DNA of 64,000 nucleotides from a virus, in IMG/VR virus record IMGVR_UViG_3300010297_000002, positions 1 to 64,000 of that record. The stretch is one strand, 5' to 3'. Position 1 is the first letter of the stretch. Every line of letters begins with the position of its first letter. The notes under the pieces are model-generated. The model was not told the DNA's origin, ran no database searches, and saw only the letters and a program-made list of their open reading frames with translations. A program made the position numbers and the translations under genes. This document shows positions 28,694 to 41,100 of this stretch, piece by piece.

Positions 28694-31600
28694 ATGATTA
28701 TTAATGTTCGGGATGTCCTAAAACCAGAAGTAATGCCGGGTAGGGGAGATTTTTTAAAAGAAGTCGCGAGAGAGGAAATGGTAGAGCCTTGGATGGATGA
28801 GATGACCTTCCTGCTTCTCAACGACATGGACGAGATAGTAGATTATTTTGAATCAGCGTTATCCACGGCGGAGTACATCGCAATCGACTCGGAAACTACA
28901 GGACTTAACGTGCGGACTGCGGAGATCGTAGGTCTTTCTTTTTCTTACAGGGATAAGGAGTGTGCTTACATTCCTTTGAATCATAATTTTGGGCTGAACG
29001 CTCCCTACGGTCGATTTATGGATTTTTTCAGGTCGATCATACCCAAGACCAAGTGGGTTTTTTACAACGCTAAGTACGATGCTGAGGTTTTTCATTTTAA
29101 TGGAATCCATATGAAGGCTGGTGAGAATTTCGAAGATGCGATGCTCGCCGTCTGCCTCCATGACTCTAATGATGCCCAGGGTAAAGGACTGAAGACGGCT
29201 TCTAAAATTTATCTTCAGCGTAAGATGATTGAGTTTAAGAACGTGGCTGGGGTCGAGGGCGTAGATGACGACGATATGGTCGGGGAAGGATTTAAGAACG
29301 CGAAGTTGGAGGAAGCTTGTTTATACGCAGCTTCAGATGCTCTTAATACTCGTGATCTGTACGAGATGTTCAAATACGTAAAGGAAGAGCAGAAGATCAT
29401 CTATGAAATGGAGACTGAGCTTATCGATGTGGTTCGTGAGATGGAGCGGAACGGTGTTGCTATCGATGTTCCTTATTTCAAAACGTTGGAGCGGAGAATT
29501 AGTTCAAAGATGGAGAGGATTAAGCAAGAGGTTTATAGCAAATGTAATGTGGAGTACGGAGCGTTTAATATAGACTCGGGCCCTCAGGTTGGTCGTGTTT
29601 TCTTCGAGGATCTTGGAATCGAGAACCCCTTCAAGACAGATAAGGGTAAGTACAAAACTGACGAGAAAACCATGCTAAAGCTCGCAGAAACCTCGGGTAA
29701 TGATGTTCTTCTCAGTTATCGGGACTATAAGAAGGTCCAGAAGTTGATGAGCAATTACGTAACTCCCTACATCCAAGATCTAGATCTAAAGATTGGATAT
29801 GTGGCATTCAAGCAATTCTCTATCTCCACGGGTAGATTCGGAGGAGGAGGGGGAAAAGCTCTTTCCCACTACCTGCCTGGAGTTAATCCTCAGAATATCC
29901 CGGCCATTCGTCCTAAGAAGGGTCAGAAGGTTCGGAAGATAAAGGTAGCTCGTCAGGAAGACATGCCCGAGGATCATTACTGTTACGAGTACATCTTCGA
30001 CGGCAAGGACGGCATCTATTGTACAAGAACAGATTGTTCGGGATGTCCATTTGAATCAACGTGCGAGAACGAGCTCTTAGAAGATATTGAGATTGATACT
30101 TCTCCAAACATCCGCCGAGGTTTCATTGCTCGTGATCCGGATAACTACATTTTTACTATCGATTTCTCGGGAGTGGAATTGAGGATGGCCGCCAACCTCT
30201 CTAAGGAGCCGAAGTGGATTGATTCGTTCATAAACGGAGACGGGGATCTTCACATGCTTTCGGCCATGAACATTTTTAAGAAGCCTGCGAAGCAGATCTC
30301 CAAAGCGGAGCGATCCTTGGGCAAGACGGTTAATTTTCTCGCCCTCTACGGAGGTGGTCCTTTTGGTTTGAGTCAACAGGCCAAGATACCGGAGGATGAA
30401 GCAGCCAGGGTTTTAAAGAATTATTGGGAAGGTATCCCAATGGTGGACGATCTTCGTAAACAGGTTTGGAAGGAAGCTGAGACTCGTCATGCGGCATTCA
30501 CTAAACTAGGTCGGAAGCGTCCTATGCCCGCCTTTAAATTAGATCCCCAGAGGGCAGAGACTCGTGAAGAGCAAAAGGATATTCGAAAGGCTCAAAGTGC
30601 TGCTAAGCGGGAGGCGTTTTCTCATAAGATTCAAGGATCTTCTGCGGATCTTATGAAGATGGCCATGCTTCGTTGCAGCCGTAGGATTAAGAAGAATGGG
30701 TGGGAAGATAAACTTATGATCCTTCTTACTGTACACGACGAATTGGTTTTTGAGTGCCATAAGGACATTATTTTTGACGCGATGCGTGAGATGTCAGAGT
30801 GTATGCAAGTACCGTTCCCCGATTTTGAAGTTCCTTTTATCACTGATATCGAATTTTCAGATCACGTTAAATCTAATTGGGGGATGACCACAGAATGTCG
30901 TATTTATGACGATGGTAATGTTTACCCCACTAAGCTCATGAAACAAGCAGCCGACGCTAAGATGACAGTACCGGAGTATCTCCACTCGACTGGTGGAGAA
31001 GTCCGACCCCCGGTTACCCCAGGTTACTCTGATAAGGTGGTCAGCTACTCAGGAGATGTTACCGAGGAGAGTAAGGAAGTAGTTGAGGTTGAACCTGAGA
31101 AGGAGTTTCCTTTTTACCAAAAGACAGATGCTGAGATCTTAAAGTTTATCAAAGAGAACTCGATCAAGGTTGATGTCCTTGCCGAAGAGGTTCAAAAAGT
31201 CAAGACCTTCGCTAAGCAGGTTGTAGAGATGAAGCAATCCGAATCTCATCACATAATCGATGGAAGTAAGCAGGTCGAGAGATTTTTCACGGGAACCCTA
31301 GGCGAAGTAGCTTTGGAAAAATTACTAGGCGTTCGCTTTGTGGATTGGTCTGTGGGGGACTCTAAGGACTTCAATGCTCCGGATTTGAAAATTCTTGGTT
31401 TGGACGCTGGAGTCAAGACCGTGGAGATTGGTAAGTTTCCCCTGATATTTAAGGAACCGAAGTATCCCGAGATCTTTATGTTTAGAGAGGGAATCAACGC
31501 TGTGTATATTCTAGGGGTGGCTTCCGTGGAGGTCCTTAAACAGTACCAGGAAGACTGTTTAGTCCTTTCACCCGAACTTCGATCCAGGGGAACCAAGTCC

Positions 31601-31996
31601 GGCTTCTATGGGTTGGATAAACTTAAATCCTTTTCCTCATTCGATGAGTTAAAGGAGGTTCTTAACTTCTCTCCAGAAGAGTCAGAGAATGCGGAGGATT
31701 CGGCTCCTAAGATCGTGGGTAAGGAGCCCAAGAGTGTTCTCCCCGGACATAAGACTACGGAGTTTCCGAATATTAAGCTTAACCTGGATGGTAAGGAAGA
31801 CCAGACCTTCGACTTTAAGAATACTCCGTTGACTCGAAGGTTAGCCCGCCAGCTTGAAGATATTTTTGAGACTATTCCAGGAGTGTCCGATGTTTTTCTG
31901 GATTTTTCCACGGATAGTCGAGAGTTGGTGCTTCATCGTCCTAAGGTTAATCTTTCGAAGTTTCGCATTAAGTACTCGACTTTTTTCTCTAAGTGA
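28694..31996 (+). CDS. polA: Family A DNA polymerase (3'-5' exonuclease + polymerase) with Cys-rich insertion and C-terminal extra domains
   Basis: ExoI DSETTG, ExoII YNAKYD, ExoIII YAASD. Motif A DFSGVELR, motif B KTVNFLALYG, motif C VHDELVF. Confidence 0.92.
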   Translation: MIINVRDVLKPEVMPGRGDFLKEVAREEMVEPWMDEMTFLLLNDMDEIVDYFESALSTAEYIAIDSETTGLNVRTAEIVGLSFSYRDKECAYIPLNHNFGLNAPYGRFMDFFRSIIPKTKWVFYNAKYDAEVFHFNGIHMKAGENFEDAMLAVCLHDSNDAQGKGLKTASKIYLQRKMIEFKNVAGVEGVDDDDMVGEGFKNAKLEEACLYAASDALNTRDLYEMFKYVKEEQKIIYEMETELIDVVREMERNGVAIDVPYFKTLERRISSKMERIKQEVYSKCNVEYGAFNIDSGPQVGRVFFEDLGIENPFKTDKGKYKTDEKTMLKLAETSGNDVLLSYRDYKKVQKLMSNYVTPYIQDLDLKIGYVAFKQFSISTGRFGGGGGKALSHYLPGVNPQNIPAIRPKKGQKVRKIKVARQEDMPEDHYCYEYIFDGKDGIYCTRTDCSGCPFESTCENELLEDIEIDTSPNIRRGFIARDPDNYIFTIDFSGVELRMAANLSKEPKWIDSFINGDGDLHMLSAMNIFKKPAKQISKAERSLGKTVNFLALYGGGPFGLSQQAKIPEDEAARVLKNYWEGIPMVDDLRKQVWKEAETRHAAFTKLGRKRPMPAFKLDPQRAETREEQKDIRKAQSAAKREAFSHKIQGSSADLMKMAMLRCSRRIKKNGWEDKLMILLTVHDELVFECHKDIIFDAMREMSECMQVPFPDFEVPFITDIEFSDHVKSNWGMTTECRIYDDGNVYPTKLMKQAADAKMTVPEYLHSTGGEVRPPVTPGYSDKVVSYSGDVTEESKEVVEVEPEKEFPFYQKTDAEILKFIKENSIKVDVLAEEVQKVKTFAKQVVEMKQSESHHIIDGSKQVERFFTGTLGEVALEKLLGVRFVDWSVGDSKDFNAPDLKILGLDAGVKTVEIGKFPLIFKEPKYPEIFMFREGINAVYILGVASVEVLKQYQEDCLVLSPELRSRGTKSGFYGLDKLKSFSSFDELKEVLNFSPEESENAEDSAPKIVGKEPKSVLPGHKTTEFPNIKLNLDGKEDQTFDFKNTPLTRRLARQLEDIFETIPGVSDVFLDFSTDSRELVLHRPKVNLSKFRIKYSTFFSK

Positions 31997-32011
31997 TTGG
32001 AATTATAAAAG

Positions 32012-32039
32012 TCCGTGGGTAAGCTCACGGGTTTTTTTT
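32012..32039 (+). terminator. Intrinsic terminator after the DNA polymerase gene
   Basis: CCGTGGG-TAAG-CTCACGG stem followed by G and T8. Confidence 0.85.
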
Positions 32040-32105
32040 CTTTAATAAAAGGGAGGTAATGAACCCCTTTTGTTCTACGGAAAATACTATATTCGGAAGG
32101 ATCTG

Positions 32106-35100
32106 ATGAAAGACCTAAATACTAAAAATCTTCGTAAAACTGTAATTGCAAACGTAGTAGATCAAGTTATGGGTAGAGACTTCTCTACTTTCTTGAAATT
32201 GAAGCCAGATTCTCAGTTAGAGGTTTTGTCCAAATTAGTTTCTGAATATGGCCAGGATCAACGAGTTCTTGTCAAAAGAGCGGCTCTTTCGCAAATTAAA
32301 TCAATGATTGGTGTGGTCGCTGCTTCTAGAGAAGAGGATGCCGCCGACCAGGGACGATTTCGGGAACGAGACGTTGATGTTCTTAATGATGTTTTTTCTT
32401 CAGAAGTCAGGGGTTTGGCCTCTCGAGCGATCTTGGACCAGAACAAGGCCCTCGCTGAGCAGCTTGATAACAAGTGGGGTTTAGGATTCTTTTCCGAGTT
32501 GGGTACAGATACCATTAAGGAGATCGTCGCTAAGTTTAAGGATTTTTGGACAAAGACCAACTTCAATAAGCAGAAGAAAACTTCCCGTGTTTTTGACGAG
32601 AAGTTTGAGACTTTCCGAGAAGCGGTTTCCGATTATAAGGACTTAGAGGACGAGTTTAAGGAAGCTGCGGCGAAGAGGGCCCAGATGGTTAAGGATCTTC
32701 AGACTTTTACCCAAGATCCTGAGGTTAAGCAGGAGGCTTACGATACTTTCGATGTTTATGAAAATAAAGACCTTATTCTGAAGGAGTTGAATACGTTTAT
32801 CGATCGTCTGGGTAGATTTGGTATTAAGTCTCTTCTAGACTCCAAGCAATTCGCGGCGTTTGTCGACTTTTACCAAGATGATCTTCCTGGTATTGGGGCG
32901 GCACTTTTCAAAGCCAGTTCCATTTTCGATAAAAATAAGGACTTTTTGAATGATACTAAGGTCAAGGTTTATGACGAAGATCGTCAAGAGGCCGTAGAGT
33001 CCTCTCTATCGAAGATACTTTCTGAGAACTTTAATCGTGATATTTATTTACTCACTCTCGACGAAAACATCAGAGAGCTTGAAGAGTATAAATCGGAGTT
33101 GAAGGACGAGGAGCCTACAGAAAGAAATCTTAAAGAACTTCGTAAAGTTGAGAAGTCCATAGAAAGTTTTAGAGCACGTCAGGAAGATCTTGAAGAGTCT
33201 AGAAGTTGGATTGTGGACGGATTAGAGAATCTGGATATTTATGGGATGATCAAGGGAGATCTTCAGAAATTCCGAAAAAAAGCAACCGAGGAGTTTTTGG
33301 CGAAAAGAAAAGAAATTGAAGATCGTGAGCGTGTAGACTCAGATGGTAATAAACTTCCCAGGATGGCCCCTCCTAAGTTGACCTCTCAGGACAAAAGAGA
33401 GATCGAAAAGGCAACAGAAAAATATCGAAGAAAATTATTAGAAAAGGCTCGCCAAGAGGCTACGGAGAAAGGTCTAGGTTTTCCAGAAGCAGTTCGGAAG
33501 GATCTAGGTGTCTTGAGAGAGAGCGTCAACCATATTCAAGAAACGTTATTCGACTTTAAGAGTTATATTGAGAAATCTCGTAATAACGCCATAGATTCTC
33601 TACAGGAGATTACCAGAGGTGAGGTAGATTGGGATTCGGTTAATGCGGTCGAAGACTATGAGAGAATTCAGAATATGCTGACGAGGCGAGAGAGTACCAT
33701 TCGAAAGCGTTTAGATTTTTTTGGTTATAGCGACTACCGAATCTTTATTGACCGTAGCACGGGGTACACGGCTATAACCCTGGACGGTAAAACTGTTCCA
33801 GTTCGTGATCTTATGAAAAGCATCACTAAGTCCGACCTTCTGGATAGGTACGAAAGAGGTTCGAACTCTCCCAAAGAAAGTTTCAATGCGGATTATGATT
33901 CCACTCTTAGTGATTTGGTTTCTGAGGTTGGAGACGTTCTAGATAAGCAGGTAGAGAAAGAAGATCTTGAGGCTATGAAGTCGAAGTTTACTGAGCTCAT
34001 CTCGGGGCAGAATGAGAAAGGTGAGTTGGACGAGGATTCTTCTCGTAGGGCCTTTGAATTTATGACAGACTTGAGCTCATCTCTTGCTCTCTTCGACAAA
34101 AAGGTTCAGTTGGAGGAAGCCCTGGAGCTTTCCAATAACGGCGAGAAGTCAGGTTTGGATGTTAACATAAAAGCCTTGGCTCCTGCGATCTTCAGAAAAG
34201 ACAAAGCTCCTAAGAACCCAATGCTCCCCGATTTAGACGAGACCACTTACCAAGCTTTCATGGCCAAGGTTTTTGGAATTAATGTAGACAAGCCCTTAGA
34301 GGATCTTTCTGATGAAGAAGTCCAGGCTATGTCCTTTGATCCGGTTCTTTTAAAGAAGATTTCTGACTCGGAGTCCTTTCGAGACGTTAGTAGTATGGTA
34401 ACTAAGGCTCCTGGAATTCTGAAAGACCTAGAGTCTGCTGAGGAGTCTCAAATTTATCGTGAGATCCTTTCAGATGTCACTAAATCTATTAAAGCTATGG
34501 ATGATGTGCGTCTAGATACCGTCGGAGGTTCCTCAGGGGGTGAGGGGAGCTCTCCCTCCGATCTCGTTCAAGATTCCATTGAAATTTTAAAAAGTGCTAT
34601 TGCAGGTCTTCCTACCCAGGTATTTACTACAGAGGGTATGGAGGGTTCTAGCGTTTTCCAATCACTTAACCAAGAAGCTCTTACGTTTTTAGCAGAATCT
34701 GTAATAGATTTCCCTCAGTTCTTTAATCCAGAGACAGTGCGGGTGTTTAAAGACGATGCCGCTGCTGTCAAAGCTGCACGAGATGCTCTAGCAGCTAATT
34801 CCAAGGCTATTCGCGATCTGGAAGAGTCTAAGGGTAACAGTAAAAAATCGCATAAAAAATTAGCAGAGCCGGAACCTACCAGTTCTTTGGAAGAGTTGAG
34901 AGCAAAAACGCCTAAATTAGAGAAGGACCTGAAGGATAAGAAGAGGGTTCTTGAACAAAAACTGAAGAGTATTAATATTTTAGACTCTTTGGATTTAGGT
35001 GCTCAGGGGGCCGGGGACGCTTCTACGGTTAGGGTCTTCAGCAACATGGTAGAGAAGCTGCAGAAGGTGGTTTCCAATTCACTTCAAATGAAGGTTTTGG

Positions 35101-38100
35101 AAGAGTTGGCCGTGCTGAATAGGGATAAAATTGAGGAAAGAGCAGGACAGCTTCTTTTGATCGCCGATGCGGTTAAGACTCAAGCACAGGATTCCGACAT
35201 TGCGGCCAAGTGGGCTAAGAAGCTTAAAACAGAGAAAGGCGATTCTGTTTTGGCTATGGTCAAAGAAGCTCTAGAGTACTTTAATCCGGATTCTTCCAAA
35301 GGAGATTTCGCTAAATATCTTCAGAAGTCCTCAGTCAATAATAAAGGAGAAGCGTCTCTTCCTTCGGTGTTTGCTCTAACATCCGAAGGTAAGGCTGTAG
35401 CAGGATCGGAAAGCATAAGTAAGCTTGCTGTGAGTGCTCTTATGTCTGATGTTTTCGATGAGTCCATGAGAGACCAAGATAAGGCTGCTAAGGTTTATGA
35501 TGAGATTGGTTCTTGGCAAGTCAATGCAGTCGATCCTGAAAAGGCTAAGCTTCTTAAAGATTTTCGAAGCAGTCTTGAGGATAATTTTATCAAAGAGAAT
35601 AGTAGTGATTGGAGGGCTCACGAGGCTGCCAAGAAAGAAAAGTTCAAGGCTGAGAGAAAGTTGGCGAAGTCTAGTGCTGGTTTAAGTGAGCTTCGTAGGA
35701 AGCTTAAGAAGTACGCTGATCTTTTAGAGAAGGGGCCCAAGGATCAAGAGACTCTGGAGAAGAAGATTAAACGTCTCAGTAACGAGAAAGCCATGCTTAA
35801 GCGTATCGATAAGCAGAAGAATTCTATGGTTGAGCTAGAGGCACAATTTAAGGAACTGCACGCGAAGTGTGGTCCTTTAGTAGAAGCGGAGAGAGCTCAT
35901 TCTACGGCCAAGAGAGAGTACGGTGAATTAGGTTCTATTCCTTCCGTGTCCTTGAGTAATGAGGATAGGAAGAACATTGAAGAGCGTAAGGCCGAGCTAC
36001 GCCAGATAATGGAGGAGAACTTTACTAAGATCAAGGAGTCCAAGGAACGTGGAGATTGTTCCATAGACGAATTTAACAAGGTTTCCTCAGATTATTTTTC
36101 AAAGAAAGAAAAGCTCGAAAAATTAGAAGCAGAGTATGCTACTCGTGAGGATGCTCTTCAAAGAGCAGAATCTCAGCTTCGAAAGCTTAAATCTAGTATG
36201 GGAGCGGCTCCCGGACGCTTAAGTAAGCTGAGGGATGCGTTTGATAAAGATAACCCCGATTCTAAACTCAGCAAACACTATCAACTCATAGATGAGAGAA
36301 ATAAGGCTCGTGAGGATTATGCATCAACTTACGGGGTGATAGCTAAAGGAATGGCGGATATTGATTCCAAAGTAGAAGAGAAAAGACAATCCTTGTTTAA
36401 GGATAGAATTGCTGAGTCAGGTGTTCTCTCTTCCATACAGAATGACTTGAACGATGAATCTCTAATTGCGGATAAAATTGATGAATTGGGATTATCTTCA
36501 ATTCTAGAGCCGGTCTTAGACAAGGTTCCGACGGATCTTCTAAATGTCGGCGATAGGTTCAAATTTGAAGAAGAGAATACGGGCGTTTTGAACCCGCATC
36601 CAGACGGAGGTACTATTCTATCTCCAGAGGCCTCGTCAATACTAGGGGATCTGGTAGCTTCGAAGTTCACGACATCTCTACCAGAGAGCTCTTCTGTTCG
36701 TAGGTTTTTTGAGGATTCAATGCTGTCTTCTTCTAACTTGGATAAGTTGGATCTAGGAAAGTATGTACGGCAAACTGTCTCCAACACTGCTGTGGACTTT
36801 GCTAGAAAGGCTCAGAGAGATAAGGGTATGTCAACCAGTCTGGTTGATCGTCTTTCGGGAAATAAGAGAGGCGAGACCGCACTTATTATGGAGTTGGCTT
36901 CTGGTGAGGACGTGGAGGAGACTTTAATAAGTCAAGAGCAGGTCACTGAGGGTAAAGATCAAGCCGAGGGTATCACTGGTCAAGATGTTCTTCAGGATAT
37001 TGAGAATCAGGATCAAGACCAAGAACGTGAGGATATGCTGCGGAAGCGTACCCCCGATAAGAAAGATGAAAGCGACCTGGGAGACAGTCGTGTTGAACAG
37101 ATGGTCAATGGTTTTCGTGTGGAGATGGATAGAGTTTTACCAATTCTGGCTAATGAGACGCTTTTCCTTGATAAGGGTGAGAAATTGAAAAAAGATCTAG
37201 AGAAGTTCAATATGCCTCAGTTACAGAAGGCTTTTGGGTTCACTGATCAATCTCAGAAAAATTATGAAGAAATCTTGGCGACCAAGAGAGCTCTTTATGA
37301 CCAACTAGGCAGGAACGGTTTTGTCAACTTATTCAAGAACGGGGCTAGGTTGGAGCGAGTTATAGGTAGAGGCCCATTCAAGGAGATGTCCGAAGAGATC
37401 TTTTCTTCTAAAGAAGCGTATGCTAAGACTTCACCGGTTTATATCTTGATGAAGTACTTTATTCTTCCTTATGTCGATATCTGGATGTCCGGAGCGAGTG
37501 ATCCTCAGGCTGTTCTTAAAGATAAAATCATGAAAGAAGTTGAGTCTGGGATTTTGAGCCTTTCAATGCAAAAGTCGTTTGATGAGTTTATGCAAGATCT
37601 TTCGAATAACAAAAGTTCTCAGGAGAGGGCGAAGGCCATCTTTGAAGAAGCCAACGAAGAGCTTTTAAAGTCTATTATAAATCCTAAAGAAATGAATAAT
37701 TTTGTGGTCGGTAGGGTATTCAACAAAACGGATTTCTTAGCAGCACTATCGGTGTTCAATATGCCATACATGAAGGCCCTGGTTCCTAAGGACGGTAAAC
37801 TTTACTTTATTCCCGAGACGGACACCAGGGAACAATTTTTGTCCGCGAATCCTGAAAAAGCTAAAGAGATGTTAGACTCATTAGGTTCCGACCCATCGGG
37901 TAAGTTTTATGCGAATAAATCCGCTCCAGTCATCTATGAGCTGGATTTCACTAAGGGTATTAAGTTAAAAGAGACTAATCCTCTGTTTAAGGCCGCGATT
38001 TCTAAGGTTCGTGCAAACACAGTCGAAGATTTCATGAAGGCCCTTGATCCCGTATTCCAGGATTACTTCAAGGAGATCTACCAGAAAAATGTCGATAGGT

Positions 38101-41100
38101 TTGATAGGTCCTTTAATGTTAAAAAAGTTCTAAGTTTTGTAAAAGACTGGGAATCTCCCGATCAGAAAAAGAAAAGAAAGAAGCAAGAGGCTATCCTTCA
38201 ACGTAATCTAGATATCCAAAAGATGATGGCTTTCGAGAAAATGCGTCAGATCGCTCCCAGTTCTTATGCAGCTAAAGCGAGTGAGTATGAAAAGCTTATG
38301 AAAAAGCTTAAGGTTTCTTCATATGAAGAGCTTTTAGAAAAGTTTGATTCAGATTTCGTGAAAAACAAAGATAAAGCTGCGGTTAAAAAATTGAATGACT
38401 TCAAGACGATACGAGCTACTTTAGGCAGTGAGTGGGGCGAAGGCCTTACTGGTAAATCACGTATAATGAATATCTCCAGAAAGATCGATAAGCATTACCG
38501 TGAGCTTATGGAAGAGTATGATAATCTTATGTTCTCCCTCATGGACGGGGAGGATCGGGGAGACTTACGTACCGTTAAGAAAGAGTTCGAGGAATTAAAA
38601 GCCCGTGTGGACTCTAAGAAGTTTCTCAAGGACACTCAGCTTTTTAAGAAAATTTATGAAAGCACAGGTCAATCTAAGAAGACTGACTTCGGTCTTAAGG
38701 ACGCTTTAAAGTTCTCTGAGTACTTAAATTCCGGTTATCTCGGTAATCCGAAAGTTCTAGAAAAGTTCGGCTCATCTCTGAAGCCTGAAGATTCGAAGCA
38801 GTTTTTCAGGAGAGTGGGTCTTTTCTTTGCGACAATTAATAAGATCCAGGCGGACCCTAAGTTGAGGGACAAGCTTAGTTCAAAAATTAATAACAAGCTG
38901 AAGGGATTGGATTCCAGCCTCAATTCAAATCAAGATAAGGTAGATAGTCTGAGACTTTACTCAGAGTTTGATTTTGATTGGGATACTTATACAAAATCTC
39001 TTCGTGATTCCAAAAACCTCAAAGATCAGTACGATCGCTTTATAGAGATGTTGAAGGACCCGAAGGCTATGGCTTCCTTTTTGGAAGTTTCCGAAGCTTC
39101 TAAAGAAAAGATCCATCAGTTCTTGTATGGTCTTATGGACCCTGAAAGTACAAAAAATGAGATAGATGCGTATAACAGTCGTAAGGATAAGTTCGATGTT
39201 AATGTTTCTTCAGACGAAGTACAGGAGATCATGGACGCGGCTAAGTCGGGGAATCTGAGAGACAAGTTCAAGGATTTCTTCGATCTTCTTGATAGTGATC
39301 CTGAATTTAAGAGTTTTTTGTATAGATTGTCCGGCGGTTTGATGAAGGCCGCTTCTCAGTTATTGTCCAAGAAAGCTCTATTAGCCTCATTACAAGAAGA
39401 CTTGATCGATGCTAAAGAATCAGGAGATGCCGATTCCGAGGCTAATGCTCAATCCCTGGTGGACAGTCAGAGAGATGAGGTCTCCAAGGCTAATGCACGT
39501 TTGGGGGCTATTAAAGAGAGAGTTTTGGCGTTGTTGAAGTCCAAGAGCGTAAAAGGTAATCATAAGGGCTTGTTGGCTTTCTTGATTTCGGATATGGATC
39601 AGATTCAAGAACAAGCTGCCGCTTATAAGGATCGATCCGATAAATTATCTTCCAATGCCAACCGGTTCAGAATGGATCTTGATAGGTACAAGATGGACTA
39701 TGAAGAAGAGCGTTCTAAGTTTACTCGAGAGTTCGAGGACATTCCGGAGGATCAGGCCCGTACTGAGATTGAGTTGCAAGGAGATGCTGCGGCTCAAAAG
39801 GCTATGCGTGATGAGTTTAACCTTGCCCAGTCGGAGGTTATAAAGTTAGGCAACCAGAAGAAGAGTTTCCTGAACCAAGCCGGACCGCTCATGGATCTCT
39901 TGGAAGGCGGCGGGTCTAATGAAGCCATTAATAAGCACCGAGAAAAGTTTATGGATCAGTATAGAGGCCTTATTTTGAACTTGGATCGTTACGTTAAGGA
40001 CCCGAAGACTAAGGCTGTTTTGGAGAAGCATCTCTATAACCCTGTGTTTGAGAGCTTCAATAAGGTGGCTCCTAAGGTTAAAAAGGTTCTTCAAATGTTC
40101 ACTATTAAGAGCATGGAAAAGATCGCGGACTCCCTTCTATCAGATGACAAGGGCCTTAACGAGAAGGCTGCTGGGAACTTAAACTCTTTAGCGGATATTT
40201 TCGAAAAAGCTGATAAGTTTGGACCGATCTATGATCGAGAGCTTCAAAAGTACTTAGAGAATCCAGATCCTTCCAAGAATGGTGAGATAAAGAGTATTTT
40301 CGCTCTTCCAATGACTTTTGATCTAAGCACTCTACGCGATGTAAGAGGCTCGGATCTGATCCGCCAGAATTTTACAGCGAAGGCAGACAAGTTCGTAGCT
40401 AAATTGGCAGAAAAAGCAATACCTGTTTTTAATGCAAAACGCAATGAAGCCCTCGAGCAAGCCAAGTTCACACTGTTTAAGAACAATAAAGACATTCGTC
40501 CTTTCGACAAGTTGGAGAGCCTTCAGAAGGGATTAATTAATGAACTTTACTCTTTGAATAAAAAGAAACGTGAGCATGAGGGCGAGTACTTGGAGCTCTA
40601 CAATGCCCAGAAGTCTTCCGATGATCGAATAGAGGAAGGTGGATTTATGGGAGAGCTTCGAAAAAAGTTATCCGATATTTCATCTCAGATAGCTCGCAAG
40701 GAGGAAGAACTGTCTAAAGTTCGAGCGGAAATGAACCAGTACGAGGAAGCCGCAGATCTATCACTCAAAGGGGAGTTAGAGAACTTGGAGAGTGCTATAA
40801 GACCTTTCATCGGATCGACTTTTGGGAGATCCCTTTTTAAACTGGGTAAAGTTGGGGATCTCAAGAATCTTGACGAATTGGCTTCGTTTAAGTCCAAGGT
40901 TATTCCTAAGATTAACAATGCGATTAACGCCGGTAAGTGGGCTTCCGCGTATGCTCTGTATAAGGATAATCTGGATAACCTTAAGAATTATCCAGATAGT
41001 TATAAATCTTTGCGTAGAAAGTTTAAGAAGTACGCTAAAGACATCCAGCTTCGGTTTGATTTTCAGGTACAGGGTTCGGACTCTTTAGAAGGATTGCAAG

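Noticed and set aside
29905-30108. Intein or intron in the polymerase
   Set aside because: The insert is short and in frame, and lacks intein N-terminal C/S and C-terminal HN-[CST] motifs and homing endonuclease motifs.
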